In this document: positions 36,161 through 46,184 of the stretch, piece after piece
Numbering within the stretch: position 1 is the first letter of the stretch
Layout: each line of letters opens with the position of its first letter
From: Actinomycetota bacterium
GTDB lineage: Bacteria > Actinomycetota > Geothermincolia > Geothermincolales > RBG-13-55-18
DNA length: 64,000 bases
Assembly (NCBI GenBank): GCA_014360655.1
Contig: JACIXC010000002.1
Span: 203,959 to 267,958, forward strand
Direction of reading: 5' to 3'
The notes under the pieces: model-generated
The model's database searches: none
Seen by the model: only the letters and a program-made list of their open reading frames with translations
Told to the model about the DNA's origin: nothing
Position numbers and translations under genes: made by a program

Positions 36161-37435
36161 ATGGAGACGATGGAGGTGAGCGTTACCGCCAGGGGGACCT
36201 TTTCCTCGTTCCGCTACCGTGATTTCCGGATCCTGTGGACGGGAGCCTTCGTATCCAACGTGGGGACCTGGATACACAACACCGCGCTGCTCTGGTTCGT
36301 GAGGGAGACGACGGGTTCGAACTCCTGGGTCGGGGCGGTGAACATGGCCTCGTTCCTGCCTGTCCTGCTCCTCGTGCTATGGTCCGGTTCGCTGGCGGAC
36401 AGGCTCGACCGGCGGCGGCTCATACTGGTCACCCAGGCTGTTATGATGCTGGGAGCCTTCGCGCTGGCCCTAAGCCTGCGGCTGGGGACCACCTCCATGG
36501 CGGTGATCGTCCCCCTCACCGCCGTCATGGGCATGGCCTTCGTTTTCAATTTCCCCGCCTGGCGGGCCCTCATCCCCGACCTGGTGCCACGCGAGCACAT
36601 GCTCAACGGGATCGCCCTGGACGCGGCGCAGTTCAACCTGGCGCGCTCGGTGGGACCCCTGCTGGGCGCGCTCATCCTCAACGCCTGGGGGGCGGAAGCG
36701 GCCTTCCACATAAACGCCGCCAGCTTCCTCGCCGTAATCCTGGCCCTGCTCGCGATGCGCACAAGGACGCCGGCAGCGGCGGTTTCCGGGCGCACGGGCA
36801 GGCATATCGTTGAGGGGGTGCGCACGGCCTTCGGGGAAAGCTGGTCACGCAACCTCCTCGCTCTTCTGGCCGTCTTCTCCTTCTTCGGGCTATCCTTCCT
36901 GGTGCTTCTGCCCGGCATGTCGAGGGAGGTCCTGGGAAGGGGTTCGGGGGGTTACGGTGCGATGCTGAGCCTCATCGGGGTGGGGGCGGTGGCCGGCGCG
37001 CCGCTGGTGAGCGCCCTGCGCCGGCTGCTGCCGGAGAAAACGCTCATAAAGGCCACCGCTCTCATCTTCGGTTTGAGCCTGACGGCGACCGCATTCTGCA
37101 GGGATCTCTGGATCTGCCTGCTCCTGGCGTTCTGCATCGGGGCTTCCTCGCTCATGCTGAGCGCCGTCATCAATACCGTGCTGCAGGCGAGGGTGGAAAG
37201 GGAGATGCGCGGGCGCATCATGAGCCTGTACATCCTCGTCTTCCAGGGCATCTATCCACTGGGGGGCATGTTCCTGGCCTATCTCGCGGACGCGACCTCC
37301 ATTCCCGTGACGCTCGTGGCGGGTGGGAGTGTGTGCACGGCGGCCGGCCTGGCGGTGACGGCCTTCCCGTCCCTGCTGCGCGGGGTCTTTTCGGGGCGGG
37401 TGGATGATGCCGGTGAGAAGGGAGGGCCGGCGTGA
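36161..37435 (+). CDS. MFS transporter (MFS_3/EntS-like family)
   Basis: ATG at 36161 within ORF 36095-37435. FRYRDFRILWTGAFVSNVGTWI N-terminus, about 12 hydrophobic spans, DR.DRRR loop. Confidence 0.85.
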   Translation: METMEVSVTARGTFSSFRYRDFRILWTGAFVSNVGTWIHNTALLWFVRETTGSNSWVGAVNMASFLPVLLLVLWSGSLADRLDRRRLILVTQAVMMLGAFALALSLRLGTTSMAVIVPLTAVMGMAFVFNFPAWRALIPDLVPREHMLNGIALDAAQFNLARSVGPLLGALILNAWGAEAAFHINAASFLAVILALLAMRTRTPAAAVSGRTGRHIVEGVRTAFGESWSRNLLALLAVFSFFGLSFLVLLPGMSREVLGRGSGGYGAMLSLIGVGAVAGAPLVSALRRLLPEKTLIKATALIFGLSLTATAFCRDLWICLLLAFCIGASSLMLSAVINTVLQARVEREMRGRIMSLYILVFQGIYPLGGMFLAYLADATSIPVTLVAGGSVCTAAGLAVTAFPSLLRGVFSGRVDDAGEKGGPA

Positions 37436-37602
37436 AGGTCCGCATGGGAATCCATGCCATGTGAGGCGTGGAGAGCGTGAACGACCGTTCGCCGGGGGCA
37501 CTTGCGCCGTCATGCGCATCAGCCCTGTGCTATCATAACGGAGGTTCTGCTCAGGTCGATTTACGGCGCGGGGGTGGCGGAATATTGCGTAGCCTGCTCG
37601 GC

Positions 37603-38220
37603 ATGGTGTGGGTCCTGGCCTCGTATCTCCTGGGAAGCGTCAACCTCTCGCACATCGTGGCCAGGCGGCGTCTGGGTATGGACCTGCGCAGGGTGGGCAG
37701 CGGAAACCTGGGCGCGTCCAACCTTGCATTGCATGCGGGCAAGGGGCCTGCCGCCGTCGCCTTTTTCGCCGACTGCGCGGAGGAAGCGGCGGCGATCCTG
37801 CTGCTGCGGGCCACGGGGTTTTCGCTCGCCTGGCAGGCGGCCGCGGGGCTGGCGGCCATCGCCGGCCACAACTGGCCTTTCTACCTGCGTTTTCAGGGAG
37901 GGAGGGGCATGGCCATGGCCCTGACAGGCACCCTCATCCTTCTCCCTTACGAGGGCGCCATGCTGGTGGCCTTCCTGGCGCTGGGAGTGTTCACGCACCA
38001 TACGGCGGAGTTGAACCTCGTGGGCGTCATGCTCGTACCCGTGGTGTCCTGGCGCCTGGGAAGGGCTCCCGCGCTGGTGTCGTATGCGCTGGTAGTGTTG
38101 CTCATCACCGTGGCGCGGCGCCTGCAGGGAAGTCCGGGCCTGGGGAAGAAGAAGGTGGGGGAGGACCCCCTGGCGGTACTGTGGAGCAGGCTGGTTTACG
38201 ACAGGGAGGCGGAGAGGTAG
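37603..38220 (+). CDS. plsY: Glycerol-3-phosphate acyltransferase PlsY (acyl-phosphate dependent)
   Basis: ATG at 37603 (alternative TTG at 37585) within ORF 37468-38220. GSGNLGASN and AGHNWPFYLRFQGGRG motifs. Confidence 0.85.
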   Translation: MVWVLASYLLGSVNLSHIVARRRLGMDLRRVGSGNLGASNLALHAGKGPAAVAFFADCAEEAAAILLLRATGFSLAWQAAAGLAAIAGHNWPFYLRFQGGRGMAMALTGTLILLPYEGAMLVAFLALGVFTHHTAELNLVGVMLVPVVSWRLGRAPALVSYALVVLLITVARRLQGSPGLGKKKVGEDPLAVLWSRLVYDREAER

Positions 38221-38287
38221 GCGGCGGCCGGGGCACTGCGGCTCCAAGGGGGTAGGCGCGGCGGACCCGGCGAGGCTCGGAAAGGGA

Positions 38288-39703
38288 ATGCAGGTAGTGG
38301 CAGCGGGACGGGAGGAGACGGTGGAGGGGGAGCGCCAGGCGGCGGAGCTCGCGAGCGGAGTGCTCGCGGACCTGAAGGCCCTGTGGAGAAACGGCGATTT
38401 CCGCCGCCTCTGGGTGGGGCAGTCCGTGTCCTCCATCGGCGACTGGCTGGCGACCTTCGCGCTGTTGGCCCTGGTCTGGAACCGCAGCAGGTCAGCGGCG
38501 GCGGTGGCCGGGCTGCTGGTGCTGCGCGTCGTCCCCTCCGCCTTCTCGGGGGCCGTCGCCACCTGGATAAGCGACCGCTGGGACCGCAAGAAGATACTCA
38601 TATACTGCGATATTCTGCGCGGTTTTCTCATCCTCTGGGTTGCCGTGCTGGATTCACTGGCCTACCTTTACGTGCTCATCTTCTTGATGGAGTTCCTCTC
38701 CGTCCTCTACCTGGCGGCCAGGGACGCCAGCCTGCCCAACCTGGTGGAGGGCGGCAACCTCCTGACCATGGCGAACTCCATGACCATGGGAAGCGCCTAC
38801 GGTTCCATACCACTGGCCGCGGCCGTCTTCGCCTTACTGGTGGTGGGGACATCGCCCCTTTTCGGCTGGCTGGAGGGGGCGGCCTTCTTCTCGGACCACC
38901 CTTACCTCTTCTCCTTCATCGCCGACGCGCTCACCTTCTTCTTCTCTGCGCTCATGGTAGCCCGCATCGGCAGGCCGCTCAGCCTCGCGAGGGGAGTGGA
39001 AGGGGGAGAGGAACGACAGCGGCACGTGGGGATCGGCTCCTCCTTCTCCTTCGCCTTCCGTAACCGCTTCATGCGTACCCTTACCGCGGCGCTGGCCACG
39101 GGTACCCTGGGAGGGGGAGCCCTCTTTGCCGTGGGCGTGGTCTACGTGCACGATGTGCTGGGGGGGAACGACACCCAGTTCGGCTTCCTCATGGCCCTTT
39201 TCGGCCTGGGAATGCTCGCGGGCATCGTGGGGCTGCAGTTCATCTCCCGCGTGCGGGCCAAGTGGTTCATCTTCAAGGTGGGACTGTTATGCGCAGGCGG
39301 CACCCTCATCTGGATGTCGCTGATCACGGTGATGTTCATGGCTTACCTGGCAGCCCTGGTGTTCGGAGCCGCCTTCTCGGCCATTTTCCTCACCGGCATC
39401 ACCATGGTCCAGGAGATGGTCGAGGACGAGAACCGCGGCAAGGCCTTTGCGGTCTTCCACGCCGTTTCGCGCATATTCCTGCTCGTCGGGGCGGCGATAG
39501 CGGCCGCGCTGGCCGGTGCCGTCGACGATTTCCACCTCCACCTGGGCTTCTACAGGCTGCACGTATGGGGCGTGACCATCGCCATGTTCGCTGCCGGCGT
39601 GCTTATAGGCTCGGTGGCTTTCCTGCCCCTGCGGGAGAGGGTGGAGGAAAGGGAGGAGGCCACGGGCGAAGTCGAAACGGAGGGGACGACAAACGCCGGG
39701 TAG
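38288..39703 (+). CDS. MFS transporter (paralog of 36161-37435)
   Basis: 471 aa. FRRLWVGQSVSSIGDWL, DRWDRKK loop, multiple TM spans. Confidence 0.85.
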   Translation: MQVVAAGREETVEGERQAAELASGVLADLKALWRNGDFRRLWVGQSVSSIGDWLATFALLALVWNRSRSAAAVAGLLVLRVVPSAFSGAVATWISDRWDRKKILIYCDILRGFLILWVAVLDSLAYLYVLIFLMEFLSVLYLAARDASLPNLVEGGNLLTMANSMTMGSAYGSIPLAAAVFALLVVGTSPLFGWLEGAAFFSDHPYLFSFIADALTFFFSALMVARIGRPLSLARGVEGGEERQRHVGIGSSFSFAFRNRFMRTLTAALATGTLGGGALFAVGVVYVHDVLGGNDTQFGFLMALFGLGMLAGIVGLQFISRVRAKWFIFKVGLLCAGGTLIWMSLITVMFMAYLAALVFGAAFSAIFLTGITMVQEMVEDENRGKAFAVFHAVSRIFLLVGAAIAAALAGAVDDFHLHLGFYRLHVWGVTIAMFAAGVLIGSVAFLPLRERVEEREEATGEVETEGTTNAG

Positions 39704-39728
39704 GGCGGGCGGACGCGCGCAACGGCCG

Positions 39729-40568
39729 CTAAAGAAAGGCGACGCCGACCACGCCGGGCCCTGTATGACAACCCATCACCGGCGTGAACTCGGTGAGCAA
39801 CATCTCGCCTCTCAGGGCCACCTTTGCGGCGATGAGCGAGGACAGTCTCTCAGCGTTATCCCTGTCGTTGGCGTGAAATACGGCCACTCGCAGGGGACCC
39901 CTCTCCCGCCCGCAGGCGGCCGCATGGGCGGAGATGAGGCGCTGCGCGGCGGCGGGAGACCGTTTCCTGGAGACGAGCATCGCGCTCCCGTCCTTGAAGC
40001 GGAACACGGGCTTTATGGAAAGGGCTTCCCCGGCGAAGGCGGTGACCGCGTTCACCCTGCCGCTCTTCTTCAGGTATTCGAAGGTGGATATGTAGGCGAA
40101 GAGCTCCGCCTTCTGCGATAGGGCAAGGGCCAGCTCCCGGCAATCGCGAAGTGGAGAACCGCGGGAGGCGGCATCCGCCACCTCCAGCACCACCAGGCCC
40201 TGGGCCATGGCCGCGGTGCCGGAATCGATCACCTCCACGGGGACCTCCGTGAAGGAATCAGCGGCAAGGCGGGCATTGGCGTAGGTGGCGCTCATGGTGC
40301 TCGCGATGGTGATGACGAGGATGGCGTCGTGCTCCTGCGCGAGGTCGGTATACGATTCCATGAATGCGCCCGGCGGGATGGCGGAGGTGGTGGCGGGTTG
40401 CGAAAGGGTGGGGAGCAGCTCGTAGAACTCCTTCGGAGTGATGTCGATGCCGTCCCGGTATACCCGGTCATCCAGCTGAAGGGAGTAAGGGAGGACGGTG
40501 ACGCCCAGCTCCGCCGCAAGTTGCGCCGGTATGCAGGTCTGGCTGTCCGTTACTACGGCCACTCCCAT
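39729..40568 (-). CDS. DegV-family fatty-acid-binding protein (FakB-like)
   Basis: ATG at 40568 (MGVAVVTDSQTCIP...) within ORF 39729-40757; 280 aa with a typical DegV N-terminus. Confidence 0.9.
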   Translation of the reverse strand: MGVAVVTDSQTCIPAQLAAELGVTVLPYSLQLDDRVYRDGIDITPKEFYELLPTLSQPATTSAIPPGAFMESYTDLAQEHDAILVITIASTMSATYANARLAADSFTEVPVEVIDSGTAAMAQGLVVLEVADAASRGSPLRDCRELALALSQKAELFAYISTFEYLKKSGRVNAVTAFAGEALSIKPVFRFKDGSAMLVSRKRSPAAAQRLISAHAAACGRERGPLRVAVFHANDRDNAERLSSLIAAKVALRGEMLLTEFTPVMGCHTGPGVVGVAFL

Positions 40569-40767
40569 CAGATGACCCCGTCGTTGTCGCGTGAACGGTA
40601 CCTCAAACGGATGTCCATAAGATACCAGACGAAAGCATGTTGCGACACCGGCGGCAGGCACAGGGGTCGTACTACGTCTTGGACGTGATGCGTGCGTATA
40701 GGTTCTTCTTCCTCGTTTATGGCGAAAAACGCGACTATGCCAGAACAAGGACAGCAAGGTCGATGAC

Positions 40768-42321
40768 TCAGGCCCCGAACTGCGACTTGAGCTCCTTCTT
40801 CAGGATCTTCCCGGTGGCGGTGCGGGGAAGGGATTCAGCGAATACCACCTTCTTGGGGATCTTGTACTTGGCAAGTTTCCCCCTGCAGAACTGGATGACC
40901 TCCTCCTCGCTCAGTTCAACGCCGGGTTTGGGGACCACCACCGCCATCCCCACTTCACCCCATTTCTCGTCGGGGATGCCGATGACCCCGGCGTCGGCTA
41001 TCTTCTCAAAGGACATGAGGACGTCCTCCACCTCGGCGGGATAGACGTTCTCACCGCCGCTTATGTACATGTCCTTCTTGCGGTCGACGAGGTAGAGGTA
41101 ACCCTCGTCGTCGATGTAACCCATGTCCCCGGTGTGCAGCCAGCCGTCGGTTATGGACTCCGCGGTGGCCTCCGGCAACCTCCAGTATTCGCGGATGACG
41201 TTGGGCCCCTTGACCCATACCTCGCCCATCTCCCCGCGGGGGAGGTCATTGCCCTCCGCGTCCACCACGCGGATGTCGGTGTGGAAGACGGGCTTGCCGC
41301 AGGACCCCAGCTTGCGCAGGGCATCCTCGGTGCGCAGGGCGGTGATGGCCGTCGCCGTCTCCGTCATCCCGTATCCCTGGTTGAAGGTTATGCCGTGCTT
41401 GAGCCAGGTCTCTATGAGGGAACGGGGGCAGGGGGCTCCCCCGGCTATGAAGAAGCGCACGCTGGAATAATCGGTTGTCTCGAACTCCGGCACCTGGGTC
41501 ATGAGCAGGAACATCACGGGGATGCCGAACATGAAGGTCACCCTCTCCTTCTCGATGAGTTGGAGGGTCTCCACCGGGTTGTAAAAGCGTTGGACGACCA
41601 CGGTGGCCCCCACGTAGAGGGAGGGGAAGGCGGATACGGCCAGCCCGCCGATGTGGAAGAGGGGAGCGCAGGCGATGCTCACGTCGCCGGAATCGAAGGC
41701 GTACATGTTGATGGAGTTGATGGCGTTCCACTGCGTGTTGCCGTGGAGGATGGCCGCTCCCTTGGGCTTCCCCGTGGTGCCCGAGGTGTACATTATGAAC
41801 TGCACGTCGTCCAGCGTGACCTCCGCGTCGGGAACCGGTTCCTCCTCCGGCTTCCCCGCGATGAGGTCCTCGTAGAGGGGATCGGATTCTTCCCCTCCCT
41901 CCAGCTCGCGCACGAAGTGCGACATCCCGGCCACCTTGCCCTTGAGCGCCTGAGCCGCTTCCGCGAACTCGGGAGAGTAGATCAACCCTATGGGCTCGGA
42001 ATCCCCGAGGATGTATTCCAGCTCCGGGACGGCGAGGCGGAAATTGAGGGGGACCATGATCCCTCCCAGCTTGCTGAGGGCCATGAGCACCTCCAGGAAA
42101 ACGTGGCTGTTTGCCATGAGGGCCGCGAAGCGGGTCCCCTTCTTCACTCCCATTTCCTGGAAGGCGTGGGACAGGCGGTTTATCCTGCGGTTGAACTCCG
42201 CCTTGGTGAGGGTGAGGTCGCCGTACCTGATGGCGGGCTCGTCCGGGTAACGCGCCGCCCAGCGTACCGGCCACTCGCCGACGTTCATCCTCCCCCAACG
42301 CTTACCGTTATCACCGTTCAT
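40768..42321 (-). CDS. Long-chain fatty acid-CoA ligase / AMP-dependent synthetase
   Basis: ATG at 42321 after SD GGGAGGGAGAAGG. AMP-binding motifs YTSGTTGKPKG, GYGMTE and TGD; C-terminal GKILK. Confidence 0.9.
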   Translation of the reverse strand: MNGDNGKRWGRMNVGEWPVRWAARYPDEPAIRYGDLTLTKAEFNRRINRLSHAFQEMGVKKGTRFAALMANSHVFLEVLMALSKLGGIMVPLNFRLAVPELEYILGDSEPIGLIYSPEFAEAAQALKGKVAGMSHFVRELEGGEESDPLYEDLIAGKPEEEPVPDAEVTLDDVQFIMYTSGTTGKPKGAAILHGNTQWNAINSINMYAFDSGDVSIACAPLFHIGGLAVSAFPSLYVGATVVVQRFYNPVETLQLIEKERVTFMFGIPVMFLLMTQVPEFETTDYSSVRFFIAGGAPCPRSLIETWLKHGITFNQGYGMTETATAITALRTEDALRKLGSCGKPVFHTDIRVVDAEGNDLPRGEMGEVWVKGPNVIREYWRLPEATAESITDGWLHTGDMGYIDDEGYLYLVDRKKDMYISGGENVYPAEVEDVLMSFEKIADAGVIGIPDEKWGEVGMAVVVPKPGVELSEEEVIQFCRGKLAKYKIPKKVVFAESLPRTATGKILKKELKSQFGA

Positions 42322-42612
42322 CCTTCTCCCTCCCTTTGCTGTCGCCCGACATTCCTCTGCGGCTGGCGTCTGCGACCCTCCAGGCGATCGCATCCTTGCG
42401 AGCTGGATGGTTGCGGGCCTTTCGCCCGGATCAAGGCGCACCTGGCGACCATGCCGCCGGTGCGCGAGCCTTCAAGGCATCAGTGCATAGTGACCTTTAA
42501 CGGAAAGAATCGCTTCCCGGAAGAGGAACCTCTCCGCCGATTCCGTGATGCCGGACGTTCCCGCCGACGCATGCCGGCTCATGGATTGTCCTGCCGCGCC
42601 CCCTTTCCCGGA

Positions 42613-43017
42613 CTATGATGTATCCGTTCTCCCCTCCAGCTCTCGCACGAGTTCCCCCACCCTCCTGCGAATCTCGTCCCTGACCGTGCGCATGGTCTCC
42701 AGGTCTCCCTTGCCCGGGTCGGGGAGGGGCCATTCCTCCAGGCGTTCGCGGGCGGGGAAGACGCTCTTGACGATGCATCCGAAGGATATGATGCGCGCGA
42801 ACTCGTCCAGGCGGTCGAGGTCGAGGGGCTTGGGTTGCGCGTGCGAGATGTCCAGGCCCATCTCCGACATGGCCTCAACGGCCAGCGGATTGACCCCCTT
42901 GCCGGGAGCGGTGCCGGCGCTCTCCGCACTCCATGTCGTGGCCACGTGGTTGAAAAAGGCCTCCGCCATCTGGCTGCGCGCCGCGTTTTCGCTGCATACG
43001 AATAGTATCTTGGGCAT
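42613..43017 (-). CDS. LMW-PTP-fold protein, arsenate reductase (ArsC)-like
   Basis: MPKILFVCSENAARSQMAE has a CX5R(S) P-loop. About 134 aa. Only one of the two downstream ArsC cysteines is evident, so the substrate is uncertain. Confidence 0.75.
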   Translation of the reverse strand: MPKILFVCSENAARSQMAEAFFNHVATTWSAESAGTAPGKGVNPLAVEAMSEMGLDISHAQPKPLDLDRLDEFARIISFGCIVKSVFPARERLEEWPLPDPGKGDLETMRTVRDEIRRRVGELVRELEGRTDTS

Positions 43018-43166
43018 AAAGCGCCGTTCCCTCATCCGCAGTTCCGGGCCTTGACATACGTATTCTTGCCCTGCACGGGGATCCTTAAACGTCCCCGCGC
43101 CCTGCCCGGGGCTGACGGCCGAAGTCGGCGTGTTCCCCGACCGTGGCGGCGCGCCCGCGGTGGTTA

Positions 43167-43172
43167 TATAAT
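43167..43172 (+). promoter_or_regulatory. -10 element (TATAAT) for a probable leaderless transcript of the His-rich gene
   Basis: TATAAT ends 6 nt before ATG 43179. No SD in between. Confidence 0.35.
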
Positions 43173-43178
43173 ACGCTC

Positions 43179-43574
43179 ATGAGCGCACACGAGGACCGTT
43201 CGCCCTTGATCATGAAGATCTCGCTGCGCCAGGCGCGCGGGCGGCTGGAGGCGGAGTCGGTGACCCTTTCCCAGCTGGAAGCACTGGCCTCCCACCTGGG
43301 CTGGGAGGAGATGTCGTCGGACATCGCCGCCGCCCGGGAGGGCCTGGAGCGCGCCGCGCGGAAACTGGACGACGCGGTGGAAAAGGCGGTGAGGGAGCAG
43401 GCGGAGGCGGCGCACGCGCACGCCCACAGCCACGAGCACGCCCACGCGCACAGTCATCCCCATACCCATCCCCATGACCACGAGCACCCGGGAGAGAAGG
43501 ACGCGGAACACGACCACGAGCACACCCACGTGCACGAGCACCTGCACGAGCACCCCCACGACCACGAGCACTGA
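43179..43574 (+). CDS. Histidine-rich protein (putative metal-binding)
   Basis: ATG at 43179 within ORF 43143-43574. Helical N-terminal part, then AHAHAHSHEHAHAHSHPHTHPHDHEHPGEKDAEHDHEHTHVHEHLHEHPHDHEH, which is about half His. Confidence 0.6.
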   Translation: MSAHEDRSPLIMKISLRQARGRLEAESVTLSQLEALASHLGWEEMSSDIAAAREGLERAARKLDDAVEKAVREQAEAAHAHAHSHEHAHAHSHPHTHPHDHEHPGEKDAEHDHEHTHVHEHLHEHPHDHEH

Positions 43575-43799
43575 GACGCGTTTCGGCGCGCCGCGTATCG
43601 GCGGCCTGGACGATCCCGTAGCCCCGCTACCCGCGAGGGCGTGAGCCCGTTTTTTCGCGCGCTCGGTTCCCGGGGACAGCGCGCTCCCCATGTGTTCCGG
43701 TCCGCGCCCGGACCGCAAGGTGAATGCCCGATGACCTGGGAGGCGGGCGGAGCCGGGCGTACGTGAAGAAGGGCATGGTGGCTCGCATGAGAGCGCGTA

Positions 43800-46184
43800 T
43801 CAGCCTGCCGAGGAACCGCCTCCCCCGAAGCCGCCCCCGGAGAAACCGCCGCCGAAGCCTCCCCCCGAGCCGGAAGACCCGGACGACCCAGGGGTGGAGG
43901 TCAGGGTGCGCCCAAGGCTGCCCTCCATGGAGCGCAGGGAGGATGCGAACGCTGCGAAGCCGAGCGCCGTTCCCCCGCCCTCGTACCATGAGGGGGGCGT
44001 CCTGTATATGTCGCGGAACTTGCTCAACCACGCCTCGCTGACGCCCAGCACCATGGCGTAGGGAAGGTTGCGCTCGAAGTTTTCGGGGGTCATGCTCTCG
44101 AGCTCCTCCCTTTCCGCCGTGACCAGGTATTCCTTGAACCCCATGGCATGCTCGTAGGCCTCGGAACCCTTGCGCGTGCGGCGGGGCATGAACCATCCCA
44201 CGGCGGCGACCAGGATGCCCGCCGGCAGCGGGGCCGCCGCCGCGACGCTGAACCATCCCAGGTCGAACCAGCGGGGTAGCAGCAACAGGAAGGCGGCGGA
44301 GATGGCGCACATGACGAAGCCCCCGGCCAGGTAAGCGGCGCGTATCCTGGCCGGGTCCCTGTCGAAGAGCCCGTTCTTGAGGACTTCCTTGCGCACCCCG
44401 TCGAGGATGGGCTTGACGTGGATATGGAACGCGTTCGCCAGGTCGTCCTCGGTGACGTCGTCGCCGGCGATGAAGAGGGAATCCAGCAGCTTGCGCTCGT
44501 AGGGCAGCAGGGAGGAGGTGTCGGCCTGGAGGCGGCGGAAGCCGAACACCCTGCGCCTTATCACCCCGCGCCTCTCCTCCTCGCGCAGGGCGAGGAAGCC
44601 GCGGCGCGCGAGGTCGACGATGGTGGCGGTGATGGCGGGGACGCGCGTGCTCTCGCGCACCAGCATGTCCGTCATGGCCGGCGTGAGACCCTGCGGCGGG
44701 TCGTAGCGCACCACGCGCATGCCGCGGCGGCCGATGTCGCGGCCCTTGCGCCACCAGAGCAGGAGCATGAGGGCGAGGACGAGGGCGATGAAGGCGCCCG
44801 AGGCGGATATGGCGGCGGCCCCGCAGGCGCGGCCGTACTGCCAGGGCACCCTCACCGCCTCGCGGGGAAAGGCCACGTCGATGGTGAAGGTGCTGTAGGG
44901 GTCGACGTCCTCGACGGACCACCAGAGCAGGTCCCCCTCGCGCCCGCTCTCGTGGCGGGAGGGGGGCGAGATGAGGTCGAAGTAGTATTTCGTGCGCACC
45001 GCCGACATGTCGGTGCCCGGGGGGAGGGAGACGGTGATGCGCGAGGACTTGATGTTCACGGGGCGGTCGGAGGAGACGGCGTCCCAGTAGAGGCGCGCGT
45101 GGTCCGGGGCGAAGATGAGGGCGCCCGTCATGCGGTACTCGATGACCCAGCCCATCGTCTCGTCGCTCGCCTGGAAGTCTATGTGCACCCGCTTTCCGCT
45201 GGAAAGCTTTTCCACGGACCACAGGCCCTCGTCATAGGGATCGCCATGCAGGTCGTAGACGGCTATGTCGCGGATGCGCACCTTTCCGTAGGTCCTCCCC
45301 TCCTCGAAGCTGGCGCCGGCGTCGCTCAGGTCCCGGTTGAGGAAGGAGAAGTCGCCCCGGAAGTTGATCACCTGGGTCTCGCGCACGGTGAAGGAGGCGT
45401 CGGGTTCGACGGTGATGTCCACGTCGAAGCGCTCGAACTCCCATTCCTTCATGCCTTCCGCCGGGACCTCCTCGCCCGGCTGCAGGAAGCCCCTTCCCGC
45501 GAGGTCCATGATGGAAACCGGCCACGAACAGCGGAACTCGTAGTCGGCCTCGCTTCCCAGCGAGTGCAGCTCGGCGACGGCCTGCCTGTCCCCCACCAGG
45601 CGCTTCTCCACCTTCCCGGCGTACCTTTCCGTTTTCACCTCGAAACGAAAGACGGCGGGGTCGACGGGTGCGGGGAGCTCCACGGTGAGCGAGCTCTCCT
45701 CTATGGGCGAGGTACGACCGGTGGGAGTTCCCGTCCAGCTCAGCTCCACGCTGTCCCCCGAGACCTTCAGGGCCCCGATCACGGTGTACTCGTAGACGAC
45801 GGTGGTGACGGGCTCGGCGTCCGCGCAGTGGAACCAGAGGGTGAAGTACTCTTCCCCGCGCTCGCTCTCCCAGGTACCTTGCGGCAACGGTTCCCCGTTC
45901 GCGTCCAGGAGCCTGCCTTCCTCCACGTACCCGTAACTGGAGGGCACGGTGATGCCCACCCAGCCCGAGGGGTCCGTGAAGTTGTAGGTGACGAGGTGGC
46001 GGACCAGCAAGGTGCCGTCGGAGTTCACGGTGAAGCGCGAGTGAAAGGCCTGGTAGGAATAGGAAGGCTGCGCCGTGGCGGCCGCGGGAAACGCGCACAC
46101 GGCGAGGGTTATGACGATCAGGGCGAGGAGAACGCGACGCGGAACACCCGCGCGCATCGCAGCCGTGGCAGAACCTTTCATCAT
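43800..46184 (-). CDS. DUF2207-family membrane protein
   Basis: 794 aa. Signal peptide, large extracytoplasmic domain, TM cluster, and a Gly/Ser/Phe-rich C-terminal tail (GSGGGFGGGFSGGGFGGGG) typical of DUF2207. Confidence 0.8.
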   Translation of the reverse strand: MMKGSATAAMRAGVPRRVLLALIVITLAVCAFPAAATAQPSYSYQAFHSRFTVNSDGTLLVRHLVTYNFTDPSGWVGITVPSSYGYVEEGRLLDANGEPLPQGTWESERGEEYFTLWFHCADAEPVTTVVYEYTVIGALKVSGDSVELSWTGTPTGRTSPIEESSLTVELPAPVDPAVFRFEVKTERYAGKVEKRLVGDRQAVAELHSLGSEADYEFRCSWPVSIMDLAGRGFLQPGEEVPAEGMKEWEFERFDVDITVEPDASFTVRETQVINFRGDFSFLNRDLSDAGASFEEGRTYGKVRIRDIAVYDLHGDPYDEGLWSVEKLSSGKRVHIDFQASDETMGWVIEYRMTGALIFAPDHARLYWDAVSSDRPVNIKSSRITVSLPPGTDMSAVRTKYYFDLISPPSRHESGREGDLLWWSVEDVDPYSTFTIDVAFPREAVRVPWQYGRACGAAAISASGAFIALVLALMLLLWWRKGRDIGRRGMRVVRYDPPQGLTPAMTDMLVRESTRVPAITATIVDLARRGFLALREEERRGVIRRRVFGFRRLQADTSSLLPYERKLLDSLFIAGDDVTEDDLANAFHIHVKPILDGVRKEVLKNGLFDRDPARIRAAYLAGGFVMCAISAAFLLLLPRWFDLGWFSVAAAAPLPAGILVAAVGWFMPRRTRKGSEAYEHAMGFKEYLVTAEREELESMTPENFERNLPYAMVLGVSEAWLSKFRDIYRTPPSWYEGGGTALGFAAFASSLRSMEGSLGRTLTSTPGSSGSSGSGGGFGGGFSGGGFGGGGSSAG

